Shown: in pieces, positions 1 through 9,754 of the stretch
Numbering within the stretch: position 1 is the first letter of the stretch
How the letters are laid out: every line of letters begins with the position of its first letter
Assembly: GCA_038245785.1 (NCBI GenBank)
Contig: JBBRSB010000027.1
Span: 1-64,000, forward strand
DNA from: Gloeobacterales cyanobacterium
GTDB taxonomy: Bacteria; Cyanobacteriota; Cyanobacteriia; Gloeobacterales; PMM-0068
Direction: 5' to 3'
DNA length: 64,000 nt
Notes under the pieces: model-generated
What the model was told of the DNA's origin: nothing
The model's database searches: none
The model's input: the letters and a program-made list of their open reading frames with translations, nothing else
Program-made: the position numbers and the translations under genes

Positions 1-9
1 GATCTAGCC

Positions 10-279
10 ATGAGCCAAATTTGGGTCGGGATTGATGTAGCCCTTCGACACGGCTCAGGGGCCACTAAAGCTCATCTCGACGTTGCCTTTCGCCCTACCG
101 GCGCTGCCCTGCATTTGGTAGGCAAGGGGAAGGCGAAGAAATTAGCGATAGTGGCTTGGATGCGCAAGTTGCTAACGATACTCAATGCCATGGTCAAACA
201 TGGAGAGTTGTGGAAGACGGCTGAGTTGGCAGAAGCGGGGATTTAAGGATTCAAGCTCTTGACTCTCAACACAGTCGCT
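10..279 (+). mobile_element. Internally deleted IS110-family transposase remnant with probable right end
   Basis: N-terminal IS110 motif WVGIDV..KAHLDVA fused directly to the C-terminal GK.KK.A.VA.MRKLL.ILNAM motif in only 78 aa; followed by TTGACTCTCAACACAGTCGCT, resembling IS110 ends. Confidence 0.8.
41..64 (+). repeat. 24-nt small dispersed repeat-like insertion (CCCTTCGACACGGCTCAGGGGCCA)
   Basis: Removing 41-64 restores GIDVAKAHLDVA; contains a CTTCGAC..GCTCAG core and CCCT/AGGG arms. Confidence 0.65.
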
Positions 280-313
280 CAGTCTTGGACCCCGCAGGGA
301 CTGAGGGGTATTC

Positions 314-1483
314 CTACACTTCAGGCAATTTATACTGTTCAACAATCTTCTTAGCAAAAGCCGGAACTTGTTGCTCAAATTTCCCTGGCTGGTTGCGCTT
401 GAGATATAGATAGTTGCGGACAAAGTGGGAATCAATCGAGAAACGACCATATTCTAGGCCTTTCGGACCGATTTTGTTAATCGCTACCCCCATGATTTGA
501 GCTAACCACATCGGTAAAGTAACACCTTGGTCATATATGGAGATCCCTTGCTGGACAGCAGCCTTGCGGTTTCCCTTGTCCACCATATCGGTGAATTCCA
601 GCTCATCCTTCACCAAGTCCATCAACTTTTGTCCTCGATCATTGCGGACTAAAAGCCATTGCCATTGAAAAGGGGCACCCATATAGCCCACCACGAGATC
701 GGCCAGGGCATTGGTGTAGTCAAAACAACTCAGGCAAGAAGGAGAAAAGACATCTTTGAGCTCTTTAGTATTCAGGCCAAAAAACGGCACCTTTTCGATG
801 TGGCCATCCTCATGCCTAAAGTGCACCTGGAAGTCCTGCATGAACTCATAGTGAACCACGGTAGAAGGAGAGTGGCTGGTAGTATCTAGAAACTTTTGCA
901 GGCCCTGACGATTGACATTATCAACACAGGGCGTTCCCAAGACATAAAGTTCTTCGAGACCGATTTTATCTTGTACCGTCCGTAGGGCCTGTATCTGACA
1001 ACCGACGCCAATGGCAAGCAATCGTTTAATTCCCTGTTTAGGAATTTCATCTAGAACCGAAAGATTGGGAGAAAGCGTTGGTTTGTTGACCCGTGCAGCG
1101 AGCACTTCGTCGGGGGTTCTGGCGAGAATAGGCTGGGGTTGAAAACGATCCTCAGGAGAAGCTTGCACACAGAGCACCGCATCAACCCAGCCTTGTTCAA
1201 GAGCACGCATCCCAATGGTACTGACAATTCCGGTCCACTGTGCACCGGGGATCGGATCTTTCCGACGAGCACTATGCATCGCCTGATGCACGCCAAAATA
1301 AAGTTGTTGTGGATTATCCAGAGCCCGAGATTTTCCGTGTACCTGCTCTTCTAGTTCTTCAATATGCTGGGTAATAAAAGCACAAGCCCATTTGGCATAG
1401 CGCAAGTAGGACGTATCACATAAACCACATTCGCTGCAGAGTTCAAGCGCAGGGCGATTTTTGGGCTTAGGATATGATTTCAT
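314..1483 (-). CDS. bciB: Ferredoxin-dependent 8-vinyl (divinyl chlorophyllide) reductase, F420 hydrogenase beta-subunit family
   Basis: CSECGLC Fe-S motif, GAQWTGIV, GVGCQ, GTPCVDN, SCLSCFDY motifs typical of cyanobacterial BciB/CvrA. Confidence 0.85.
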   Translation of the reverse strand: MKSYPKPKNRPALELCSECGLCDTSYLRYAKWACAFITQHIEELEEQVHGKSRALDNPQQLYFGVHQAMHSARRKDPIPGAQWTGIVSTIGMRALEQGWVDAVLCVQASPEDRFQPQPILARTPDEVLAARVNKPTLSPNLSVLDEIPKQGIKRLLAIGVGCQIQALRTVQDKIGLEELYVLGTPCVDNVNRQGLQKFLDTTSHSPSTVVHYEFMQDFQVHFRHEDGHIEKVPFFGLNTKELKDVFSPSCLSCFDYTNALADLVVGYMGAPFQWQWLLVRNDRGQKLMDLVKDELEFTDMVDKGNRKAAVQQGISIYDQGVTLPMWLAQIMGVAINKIGPKGLEYGRFSIDSHFVRNYLYLKRNQPGKFEQQVPAFAKKIVEQYKLPEV

Positions 1484-1677
1484 AGGTCGGCGTCATTGGC
1501 GGATGCGATGGGCATTGTACCCTCAATAAACTCAAAAAAAGAGATGCTGCCCGATACCTGAGAAAAATAATGAACCATTTCTCTCAGAAAATAAGCAAAT
1601 TAATGAACACTTTGTTAGTATCTAACGTATAGACAATAACGCTTCCCATCAAGGATATGCTGATCAATAACTAAATT

Positions 1678-2151
1678 ATGGACCTCCAGGAAGCCCTAGC
1701 CAAAATATGGGAGGACCCCCGTTATCAAACAAAGTCTCCCCTTGAAGCATTAAAGCATCTCAATGAAGAGGTGACAGAAGCTTTGATTGCCTGGCTGCGC
1801 AGCGATCAGATCCGTGCGCGGCAAGAACTTACAGAAGCGTTCCCCAAACTTTTGGTAGCATTACGCCTGTTGGATATTGACCCGATTGAACTGATTCAAG
1901 AGAAAGCTAAACAGGCTAACCGCCGTCAACGAATCATGTACATCGTCGGAAATCGTGTCGAAGTGCGTGTGGGTGATGAACTAAGAGGCAGCTGGACCGT
2001 ATGGTCTGAAGAAGACCTCAAAGAAGTCTATCGTTTGGCCGAAGAGTTCGATTGTCAGTTAATCCAAGCCCCCGAAGAATCGATCAATACTGCCTATGGC
2101 TACGGAACCAATGGCTATGACCGGCCTACGTCTTCAAAAATACCTCGCTAG
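1678..2151 (+). CDS. Hypothetical protein, possibly MazG-like all-alpha NTP pyrophosphatase domain
   Basis: LKHLNEEVTEA...QELTE pattern; leads an operon. Confidence 0.45.
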   Translation: MDLQEALAKIWEDPRYQTKSPLEALKHLNEEVTEALIAWLRSDQIRARQELTEAFPKLLVALRLLDIDPIELIQEKAKQANRRQRIMYIVGNRVEVRVGDELRGSWTVWSEEDLKEVYRLAEEFDCQLIQAPEESINTAYGYGTNGYDRPTSSKIPR

Positions 2152-2848
2152 CTGTGGGGTCAGTTCCCGACGCCAAGCGGAACACTTGATTCAAGCAGGC
2201 AAAGTCCAGGTCAATGGAAAACCAATCACAGAATTAGGAACCCGAGTTGACCCTGAGCAAGACCAAGTTCGGGTAGAGGGAAAACTGGTATACCCGGCGA
2301 CAAACAAAATTTATCTTCTATATCACAAGCCCAGGGGAGTTGTGAGTACATGCTCTGACCCGGAAGGGCGAAAAACAGTCTTAGACTCTTTGCCTTCTTC
2401 CATGGCTTCTCAAGGCATTCATCCCGTTGGACGACTTGATCAATACAGTAGTGGCGCTCTACTACTCACCAACGATGGAGACTTCACCCTGAGGCTGACC
2501 CATCCCCGCTATGGCTGTTCAAAGACTTATCATGTCTGGGTCCAGGGAAAGCCCACAGAGAGCGATTTGCGCCTGTGGGGAAAAGGAATTCTGTTGGGAA
2601 AAACACCCACGCTTTCTGCACAGATAAATATATTGCAACAGGACGAAGGAAACACACTAATAGAAGCTATCCTACAGGAAGGGAGGAACCGCCAGATTCG
2701 TCGCATTTGCGAACAGTTAGGTTATCCCGTTTTTTCCTTAACGCGGGTCGCTATTGGTACAATTTCACTAGGTGATTTACTGCCTGGAAATTATCGAAAT
2801 CTCTCCTCTAAAGAAGTTGCTGCACTCTTACCAAAGGCGTACTACTAA
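2096..2848 (+). CDS. rRNA pseudouridine synthase (RsuA/RluB family)
   Basis: S4 domain RLQKYLASCGVSSRR; HPVGRLD catalytic motif; EGRNRQIRR; true start may be a few codons later. Confidence 0.95.
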   Translation: MATEPMAMTGLRLQKYLASCGVSSRRQAEHLIQAGKVQVNGKPITELGTRVDPEQDQVRVEGKLVYPATNKIYLLYHKPRGVVSTCSDPEGRKTVLDSLPSSMASQGIHPVGRLDQYSSGALLLTNDGDFTLRLTHPRYGCSKTYHVWVQGKPTESDLRLWGKGILLGKTPTLSAQINILQQDEGNTLIEAILQEGRNRQIRRICEQLGYPVFSLTRVAIGTISLGDLLPGNYRNLSSKEVAALLPKAYY

Positions 2849-2856
2849 TACCCAAC

Positions 2857-3735
2857 ATGAACACTAACCAAGAGTCTTTTTCTTCTTCTGGTTCTCCTTC
2901 TTCCGGTCCAGTCTCTTCTGGTTCTACCTCTTCCTATGCAGCCCCTGGCGCCCAGCTACGCCAAGCCCGTGAGAGTCGTGGACTCTCCTTGGACGAAGTT
3001 TCCAGCAAAACCCGTGTCCAAAGGCGCTATTTGCAGGCTTTGGAAGAAGGTACGGTGGATAAACTGCCAGAACCTGTCTATGCTCGGGGATTCTTAAAAA
3101 GATACGCAGATTTCCTCGGTCTAGACAGTGCCGCGATTGCGGAACGCTACTTTCCCATGGCCGATATCCGCAAACAAGGTAGCTCCGGTCCTCTGTTGAT
3201 GCCGACCCCGCCTAAGCAGACCAACTGGTTGGGATATACCGTTGGGGTCGTAGTCGCTGTCCTCGGTCTTTCTACGTTTTTTGCCTTGAAAAATAGTAAT
3301 AGTACTGGTGCGCCTTCTATTCCGGCCGTGACCGCTCAAACTCCTGCTAAACTTAATTCATCCCCTGTGCCTAAGGGCACAAAGACTGCTTTGACTCCCT
3401 CACAAGCAGCAAAGCAGACGCAGCCCATTCTTACTCCTCCATCCGTGACCCCGGTTCCAACCCAAGCACAGCCTGTGCAAGTAGCAGTTAACGTGGCAGC
3501 AGACACCTGGGTGCGTGTCTCTGCAGACGGACGGACTGTTTTTCAGGGCGTTTTGCCTAAAGGAGCACAACGCAACTGGAGCGCAAAACAGTTCGTTAAG
3601 TTTCGCACAGGAAATGCGGGCGGAATTTTAGTCAGTCACAATCAAAAGGCTATTGGTCCCCTGGGTGCTCCTGGGAGGGTCGTTGAAAGGGTTTTCACCA
3701 AGAACCCGGCAACACCTACGCCGAAATCGCCTTAA
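2857..3735 (+). CDS. rodZ: RodZ-like HTH / TM / DUF4115 protein
   Basis: GAQLRQARE..LSLDEV..YLQALEEG..YARGF HTH, central TM, WVRVSADG..GNAGG C-domain; directly upstream of mreB. Confidence 0.8.
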   Translation: MNTNQESFSSSGSPSSGPVSSGSTSSYAAPGAQLRQARESRGLSLDEVSSKTRVQRRYLQALEEGTVDKLPEPVYARGFLKRYADFLGLDSAAIAERYFPMADIRKQGSSGPLLMPTPPKQTNWLGYTVGVVVAVLGLSTFFALKNSNSTGAPSIPAVTAQTPAKLNSSPVPKGTKTALTPSQAAKQTQPILTPPSVTPVPTQAQPVQVAVNVAADTWVRVSADGRTVFQGVLPKGAQRNWSAKQFVKFRTGNAGGILVSHNQKAIGPLGAPGRVVERVFTKNPATPTPKSP

Positions 3736-3790
3736 ATACGAACCCTTGTTCGCTATGTTACAATTTGCCCTGATCTGAGAAGGTGGAAGA

Positions 3791-4822
3791 GTGGCTTTTC
3801 TTGATCGTTTCTCGCGTGATATCGGTATTGATTTAGGTACGGCTAACACCCTGGTCTATGTGGCTGGGAAGGGCATTGTACTGTCGGAATCTTCAGTTGT
3901 AGCGATAGATGAAGCGAGTAAAACGCTTCTCGCTGTGGGAGAAGAAGCCAAGAGAATGTTGGGACGTACTCCCGGCAATATCAAGGCAGTCCGACCCCTG
4001 AGGGATGGAGTGATCGCTGACTTCGACATGGCAGCGCTCATGCTCCAAAACTTTATTCATCGAGTTCATGATGGCCGCTACCTGATTAATCCCCGCATTG
4101 TCATTGGCATTCCCTCTGGCGTGACGGGCGTTGAGCGGCGGGCTGTTATGGAAGCTGCGGCTCGGGCTGGGGCTCGGGAAGTGCATGTAGTGGAAGAACC
4201 CGTGGCGGCAGCGATTGGTGCAGGCCTCCCTGTATCCGAACCCACGGGCAACATGATTGTGGATATTGGCGGAGGAACTACGGAAGTGGCGGTGCTCTCC
4301 CTCAAAGGGATTGTGCTCTCAGAATCTGTGCGGGTGGCTGGGGATGAACTCAGTGAATCCATCTCTTCCTTTATGAAACGCGTCCATAACCTGGTCATCG
4401 GGGAACGTACCGCCGAAGAGATCAAAATCGCGATTGGTTCAGCCTATCCAGGTGGCGAAGAAGCGAAAATGGAAGTGCGGGGTCTGCATCTACTTTCTGG
4501 ATTACCCCGGACGGTGACCATTGCTGCTCCAGAAATTCGGGAAAGCATGGCAGAGCCTTTGGGTGTGATTGTGGAAGCGGTAAAACGGACTTTAGAGCGT
4601 ACTCCGCCAGAGTTAGCCGCTGACATCATTGACCGGGGGATCATGCTCGCTGGGGGTGGCGCTTTAATGAAAGGACTCGATGCGCTGATTAGCCACGAGA
4701 CGGGCATCATGGTTCACATCGCTGAGAATCCCTTGGACTGCGTGGTTCTAGGTACTGGCAAAGTCTTAGAAAACTTCAAGAGCTTGGAGCGGGTCCTCAG
4801 TGGCAGCTTCAAGGGAAGTTAA
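3791..4822 (+). CDS. mreB: Rod shape-determining protein MreB
   Basis: DIGIDLGTANT, DIGGGTTE, LAGGGA motifs. Confidence 0.98.
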   Translation: MAFLDRFSRDIGIDLGTANTLVYVAGKGIVLSESSVVAIDEASKTLLAVGEEAKRMLGRTPGNIKAVRPLRDGVIADFDMAALMLQNFIHRVHDGRYLINPRIVIGIPSGVTGVERRAVMEAAARAGAREVHVVEEPVAAAIGAGLPVSEPTGNMIVDIGGGTTEVAVLSLKGIVLSESVRVAGDELSESISSFMKRVHNLVIGERTAEEIKIAIGSAYPGGEEAKMEVRGLHLLSGLPRTVTIAAPEIRESMAEPLGVIVEAVKRTLERTPPELAADIIDRGIMLAGGGALMKGLDALISHETGIMVHIAENPLDCVVLGTGKVLENFKSLERVLSGSFKGS

Positions 4823-4875
4823 AGTTGGGCGGAAGGGCATAATCAATATTATGGGCTCTTTCGTAGGTCACCCTC

Positions 4876-5700
4876 ATGATGAATAGCCTCAGTGGACTCC
4901 GAAAGTGGTGGAGTCGCTCCAGTAGCCAACTTTTGGTTGTGCTATTTCTGCTGCTGGGTGTACTTTGGATGCGTCAGGAACGTTCTGGCTGGCTTGCCGA
5001 AGCCTTCTATTACGTGTCTTACCCTTTTACGCTGGACCGTCCTGCGCCCGAAGTTATAGCCCGTGGAGAAAAACAGGCTTTGGAAAGCAAAATCCAAAGT
5101 TTAGAGGAGGAAAATGCAACCCTCCGCACTCTGGCTAAAGCCGATCCCAATATCCCAGGCCAGCCTATTCTGGCTCGGGTGATTGGTCGTAGTGCTGACC
5201 ATTGGTGGCAACAAATGACGCTGAACCGTGGCAGTGCGGATGGGGTTGAAGAACAGGCGATGGTCATGGCAGCCAGTGGTCTGGTCGGCCAGGTGGTGAG
5301 CACAACGACCCATACCAGCCGCGTCCTTCTCCTGACCGATGCGAATAGTCGAGTGGGGGTAGTAGTCAATGGGGGCCGAGTCGCTGGCGTTCTCCAAGGA
5401 ATGGGGAATGGCACAGGCGTCGTTGAATTTTTTACCAAAGCGGTTCCTGTGAAAAAGGGAAACTTGGTAACGACTTCCGGCTTGAGTTCTCGATTCCTGC
5501 CAAACCTACCTGTAGGCAAAGTGGTGAGCTACGATGACACGCAGCCACCGCCTAAAGCAGGCATACAATTCCACGCGCCAACGGTTGGGCTAGCCTGGGT
5601 TAATATTTATCCGCCCGCTACCAAAGTAGAGCCTGAACCTGAACTAGACGCTACTCCGGCCAATAAACCGACCAACAAAAATGCTAAAAATCCCCTCTAA
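4876..5700 (+). CDS. mreC: Rod shape-determining protein MreC
   Basis: N-terminal TM, coiled coil, ARVIGR..LNRGS..GLVGQV..VTTSG; follows mreB. Confidence 0.93.
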   Translation: MMNSLSGLRKWWSRSSSQLLVVLFLLLGVLWMRQERSGWLAEAFYYVSYPFTLDRPAPEVIARGEKQALESKIQSLEEENATLRTLAKADPNIPGQPILARVIGRSADHWWQQMTLNRGSADGVEEQAMVMAASGLVGQVVSTTTHTSRVLLLTDANSRVGVVVNGGRVAGVLQGMGNGTGVVEFFTKAVPVKKGNLVTTSGLSSRFLPNLPVGKVVSYDDTQPPPKAGIQFHAPTVGLAWVNIYPPATKVEPEPELDATPANKPTNKNAKNPL

Positions 5701-6220
5701 GCCACAGTGGGTTTCCTGGGTTGGAACGTTTGGTTCTGCCCTTATCTGTTCTATGGCCCAATGGGGCTCTTTACCCGGTTGGGAGTTGGTGGGCGTCAAT
5801 GCTGATTGGAGCCTGATTTGGGTGATAGTTTGGAGCATAAAACGGCCTACATTTCAGGCAACCTCTGCCGGACTTTTAATGGGTTTAGTCCAAGATGGCA
5901 TGGTGGGTACTTTGCAATCAGGAGCCTTTCCAACCCACAGTTTCGGGCTGGCTTTGGTGGGATTGTTGACTTCTTTGCTCTATCACAAGCGACTGCTCCG
6001 TGAAGATGCAATCGTGTTGGTTCTGTTAACGTTCACGATGACCGTTCTCAATGAAACTACTCTTGCTATACAGCGGACCTTACTCGCTTCTCAGGAGATC
6101 GTTCAGGTCTGGAATCATCACCAAGAGGTGGCTTTAGCTTCAGCCCTGGTAAGTGCTCTGTGGGCTCCTTTGGTCTATTGGACTGCACAGCGCTGGAATA
6201 CCTTTCTAGGGACTGAGTAA
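5681..6220 (+). CDS. mreD: Rod shape-determining protein MreD
   Basis: Hydrophobic multi-TM protein, LIWVIVWS..GL.QD motif; follows mreC. Confidence 0.88.
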   Translation: MLKIPSKPQWVSWVGTFGSALICSMAQWGSLPGWELVGVNADWSLIWVIVWSIKRPTFQATSAGLLMGLVQDGMVGTLQSGAFPTHSFGLALVGLLTSLLYHKRLLREDAIVLVLLTFTMTVLNETTLAIQRTLLASQEIVQVWNHHQEVALASALVSALWAPLVYWTAQRWNTFLGTE

Positions 6221-6309
6221 GAAGTGTTTTGATATCAAAAACGATTTTATCTCTAGCCTCAATTTTCCTGATATGTCATATTTGACTCACTATCTTTTGA
6301 GCAAAACTT

Positions 6310-6477
6310 ATGACAGAAACTCTTCTCGTTCCCTGTGCCTGTGGCCACTGCTCCTGCACTATTGACATCACCAAAGCGTATGTCATGGATGAAAAAACCT
6401 ATTGCAGTGAAGCCTGTGCTAAGCACAAGCATGATACGCCATCTCCCTGCTGTGCGGAGGCTGGTTGCTGCGTATAG
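6310..6477 (+). CDS. smtA: Bacterial metallothionein (SmtA family), 55 aa, absent from ORF track
   Basis: Hand translation MTETLLVPCACGHCSCTIDITKAYVMDEKTYCSEACAKHKHDTPSPCCAEAGCCV; CAC..C.C and YCSEACA..H motifs. Confidence 0.9.
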   Translation: MTETLLVPCACGHCSCTIDITKAYVMDEKTYCSEACAKHKHDTPSPCCAEAGCCV

Positions 6478-6571
6478 CGGCTTAAATGTTTGCAGTTTCG
6501 CTAAAATCCTTATTACTGCGTACACTGGGTGCGGAATTTTGTCTTAATTGAAACTCAGGTTATCCAACACC

Positions 6572-7387
6572 TCATTTCTGCGCTAAGGCATACAAGACGT
6601 TGATATCCAGTGCATGAATTTCATTAGTCCGAAGGAATTGCAGATTCGCTTGTCGGACCCGTTCCCTTGTTGCCGAATCAAGTTGGTCGATCGTGCCTCG
6701 GAGCCCCCCACCCAAAACCATGGTCCACCAATCTTCTGGAGCAGCTAGTTCATGAGTGACGGCTTCTGCAAAAACCTCTACCTGATTCGCACCTCCCTCT
6801 TCCAGTAAGGCTTTGAGCGAGTCGGGTGCACTAATTCGGTCCCACGGCGTAAATTTCTTATACAAGTCTGGGCGTTCAGCTTCAATCGCACTCTAGAATA
6901 CTTGATTAGCAGGTTCAAAGACTTTCTCTCCCCAAGAGGTAATAGCTAGTTTCCCTCCAGGACGAACCATCCGCCAAAGTTCTCGCACGGCTGCCAGCAT
7001 ATCTGGAATGAAGAAAATCCCGAAAACACAAACAATCGCGTCAAAGCTTTCACTGGGGAAACCTAGATTTTCAAAATCGCCGTATTGAAACTCGATATTT
7101 TCTATACCTTGTTGCCGTGACTTGTTACGTGCCAGTTCTAGCAGGGATTCGGCGATATCTATCCCAAGTACCCGTCCATTGGCATCGACCAGAACTGCGG
7201 CTGGAATCGCGGAAGCACCCGTCCCACAGCAAACATCCAAAACCCGATCGCCAGGATAAAGTGAAATTCGATTGATGGTTTGTTGCCCAAAACGATTCCA
7301 GAAAGATAAAGCTGGTGCATCAAAGTAATCAGATGCGGCATTGAAAACTGTCTCTGCCTTGGCAAGTGCTTCTTCTTTATCAGTCAT
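6572..7387 (-). pseudogene. Class I SAM-dependent methyltransferase interrupted by one in-frame TAG
   Basis: VLDVCCGTG motif I; ORFs 6893-7387 and 6572-6865 share a frame, separated by TAG at 6893-6895 (likely TGG>TAG). Confidence 0.85.
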
Positions 7388-7621
7388 GTAAGCTCCTCCT
7401 TACTCTTGATGGAACGATATAACGACCCAGGTGTCAGCGGCGTGTAGCCTATGCCAAGGCACCCGAAAACCTTACTAGTACTGGCTGGGCGGAATACCCC
7501 GTTTGTACGCGGATATACGGCAAAATTTTGTATTAGATGCACACCATCCCTACCAGGCATTATTCTTGAACTATGACATCCGCCAAGAACTGCGGCGATC
7601 TCATAAGGAAGAGGCATCGCT

Positions 7622-8314
7622 ATGACTCTGGCAAAATCAGTCGAATCCATTATTTATCCAAGCTCAGACAACGAACCCGTGGCTGAAACTTATATTCATC
7701 TATATGCCATTCTCACGACCCTAGAAGTGCTTAAGCAGTATCTTGAAGGGCAACAAGCTACCGTACTTGCGAATCAGTTCCTCTACTACGCCCAAGGTTT
7801 TCCTAAGCTTCGGGTCGCTCCCGATGTCATGGTTATCTACAACGTCGCTCCTGGTGGACGAGACAACTACAAAATTTGGGAAGAGGGACAGGCACCCTCT
7901 GTAGTTTTTGAGATAACTTCTGCAGGCACGCGCGAGCAAGATAAAGGTTCTAAAAAATTGCTCTACGAGCAGATGGGTGTCCAAGAGTACTGGTTATTCG
8001 ACCCAAAAGGTGAGTGGATAGAAGGCCAACTCCAAGGATACCGCTTGGTCCCTGTCACGGTGGAGGGAGAAACAACAGCCTTGTATACACCGATTACCGA
8101 TGGACGCAGCGAAGTCTTGAAACTGCGAGTATCCGTAGAGGGTCAATTACTCGGGCTCTATCGAGAAGATACGGGCGAGAAGCTATTGCTACCCACAGAA
8201 TTAGCAGAAGAATTACGTCATACGGCGGCCTTACTGGAGCAGGCAGAACAACGTGCAGAACGCCTAGCTGAGAGACTTCGACAACTGGGAGAAGACCCTG
8301 AGAAGTATGTATAG
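7622..8314 (+). CDS. Uma2 (DUF820) family endonuclease
   Basis: YPSSDNEPVAET, VAPDVMV, PSVVFEITS, KKLLYEQMGVQEYWLFDP. Confidence 0.93.
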   Translation: MTLAKSVESIIYPSSDNEPVAETYIHLYAILTTLEVLKQYLEGQQATVLANQFLYYAQGFPKLRVAPDVMVIYNVAPGGRDNYKIWEEGQAPSVVFEITSAGTREQDKGSKKLLYEQMGVQEYWLFDPKGEWIEGQLQGYRLVPVTVEGETTALYTPITDGRSEVLKLRVSVEGQLLGLYREDTGEKLLLPTELAEELRHTAALLEQAEQRAERLAERLRQLGEDPEKYV

Positions 8315-8372
8315 CAAGCCTCTCTGAGCGACTGAACCATAGAATAGAAACAGAACCAAGCGAGTAGGCCGT

Positions 8373-8642
8373 ATGAATACTCAGCTAGTAGAGTCGATCG
8401 TCTAAGTCATCCACACGCTTTCCCCTGAAGAGCAAGCACTAGTGCGTCAAAAGCTCTCAACAGTGAGCCCTCCAGAACTTAATACAGTCCCCTCTTCCCT
8501 AGAGCAACGTCGTGCCTTTCTCCAAAAATCTCCCACAGAGCGTAGTCAAATCCTTGCCCAACAGGCAGATACCCTACTGGATCACTATCAACATTCCACT
8601 GAGTGGCGTGAACTCATCGCTGGAGACATCACTGATGACTGA
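8373..8642 (+). pseudogene. Probable antitoxin-position gene with early nonsense codon
   Basis: MNTQLVESIV*VIHTLSPEEQAL... (TAA at 8403-8405) continues in frame to 8642 and overlaps the toxin start. Confidence 0.55.
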
Positions 8643-8875
8643 TCCAGCCCTACCTCAACGCAGCGAGATTTGGCTGATTAATTTTGACCCTACTGTCGGA
8701 ACAGAAATTAAAAAGATCAGACCTGCTGTGGTCCTTAGCGCCAATGCCATCGGTAAATTACTTATTAAGCTAGTTGCTCCTGCCACCGATTGGAAGTCCT
8801 ACTTCGAGCAGAACCTTTAGCATATCAAAATAGAGTCCGATGCTACCAACGGGTTGAGTAAAGATTCGGCTAAAT
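8635..8875 (+). pseudogene. PemK/MazF-family toxin, nonsense-disrupted and truncated
   Basis: PQRSEIWLINFDPTVGTEIKKIRPAVVLS; TAG at 8818-8820, then HIKIESDATNGLSKDSA continues in frame before similarity stops. Confidence 0.85.
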
Positions 8876-9754
8876 GCCGCATACTAATGTCATCACGTTG
8901 ATTCCTGTGTGAGAAACAAGTGACTTATTCTAAAGATTTAGATTTATATAACTGACAGTGGCGCTGTGCGTATGTCTACGAGATATAAATAGCTCTACAG
9001 GCGTCATCCCTTTTCGAAAAGACTCATGTCTCGCTTGCTTTTAAACAATGCAGACTAGGCGTCGGCGCATTGCTTCTTGTATGAGGAGGAAGTACCTTAG
9101 TCCGAAATTTAGTTTTGGCTAGGTAAACGTAACGTTACTCGCAGGCTTACGAGAGTGACATCTGTATAAATGCTTAGTGAATTCAGTGAGCATTAATGCA
9201 AGCCCTCGCTTGAAATATTTTCCGGAAGGAAGGATGACAGTCTTTTCGTGGTGAAGTATTATGAGAACAGGTTAATAAATCTACACGTTCGAGGTTTTGC
9301 CATATGTTTTTCAAAGAAATAACACTGAGATAGGCAAGTAAGAACTCAATGCCTTTACTAGCGGCTTACGCCTTCAAACTGATACATGGAAAAGGCGATT
9401 GGCGATAGGAATGACAATCCGTTTTCTTTTACTTGATGCAACGTTCATTTTCTAAAATTTTGGTCGTAGAGCATCCGCTACATTTCATTTTGGATTATCG
9501 ACCCAAAATGACAATGCAACGACTTTGATGGACTCAGGGATAATATCAGCTTGCCACCAAAAGATTTATAGAAGCATCTCCCTGCAGGGGGGAGCGTCTG
9601 GTACCTGCTAAAGACCTGCTGCGGCTCAGGAAGGTACCCTGCTGTGAAACTACTCATTGGAACATTCAGCTGTGCCAGCCCAGAAGGCTCCGCTGGATTC
9701 GTTCCTGATTGACGATAGAACCAAATTCATGCTTACTACACGGAGACCACGTTA

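Noticed and set aside
6495..7540. Integron attC-like sites flanking the methyltransferase (GGATAAC after the stop, GTTATAT before the RBS)
   Set aside because: Core sites are imperfect, I could not build convincing paired arms, and no integrase is in the window
8880..9750. Riboswitch or ncRNA upstream of the rhodopsin
   Set aside because: No recognisable conserved RNA motif by eye; needs an Infernal/Rfam scan
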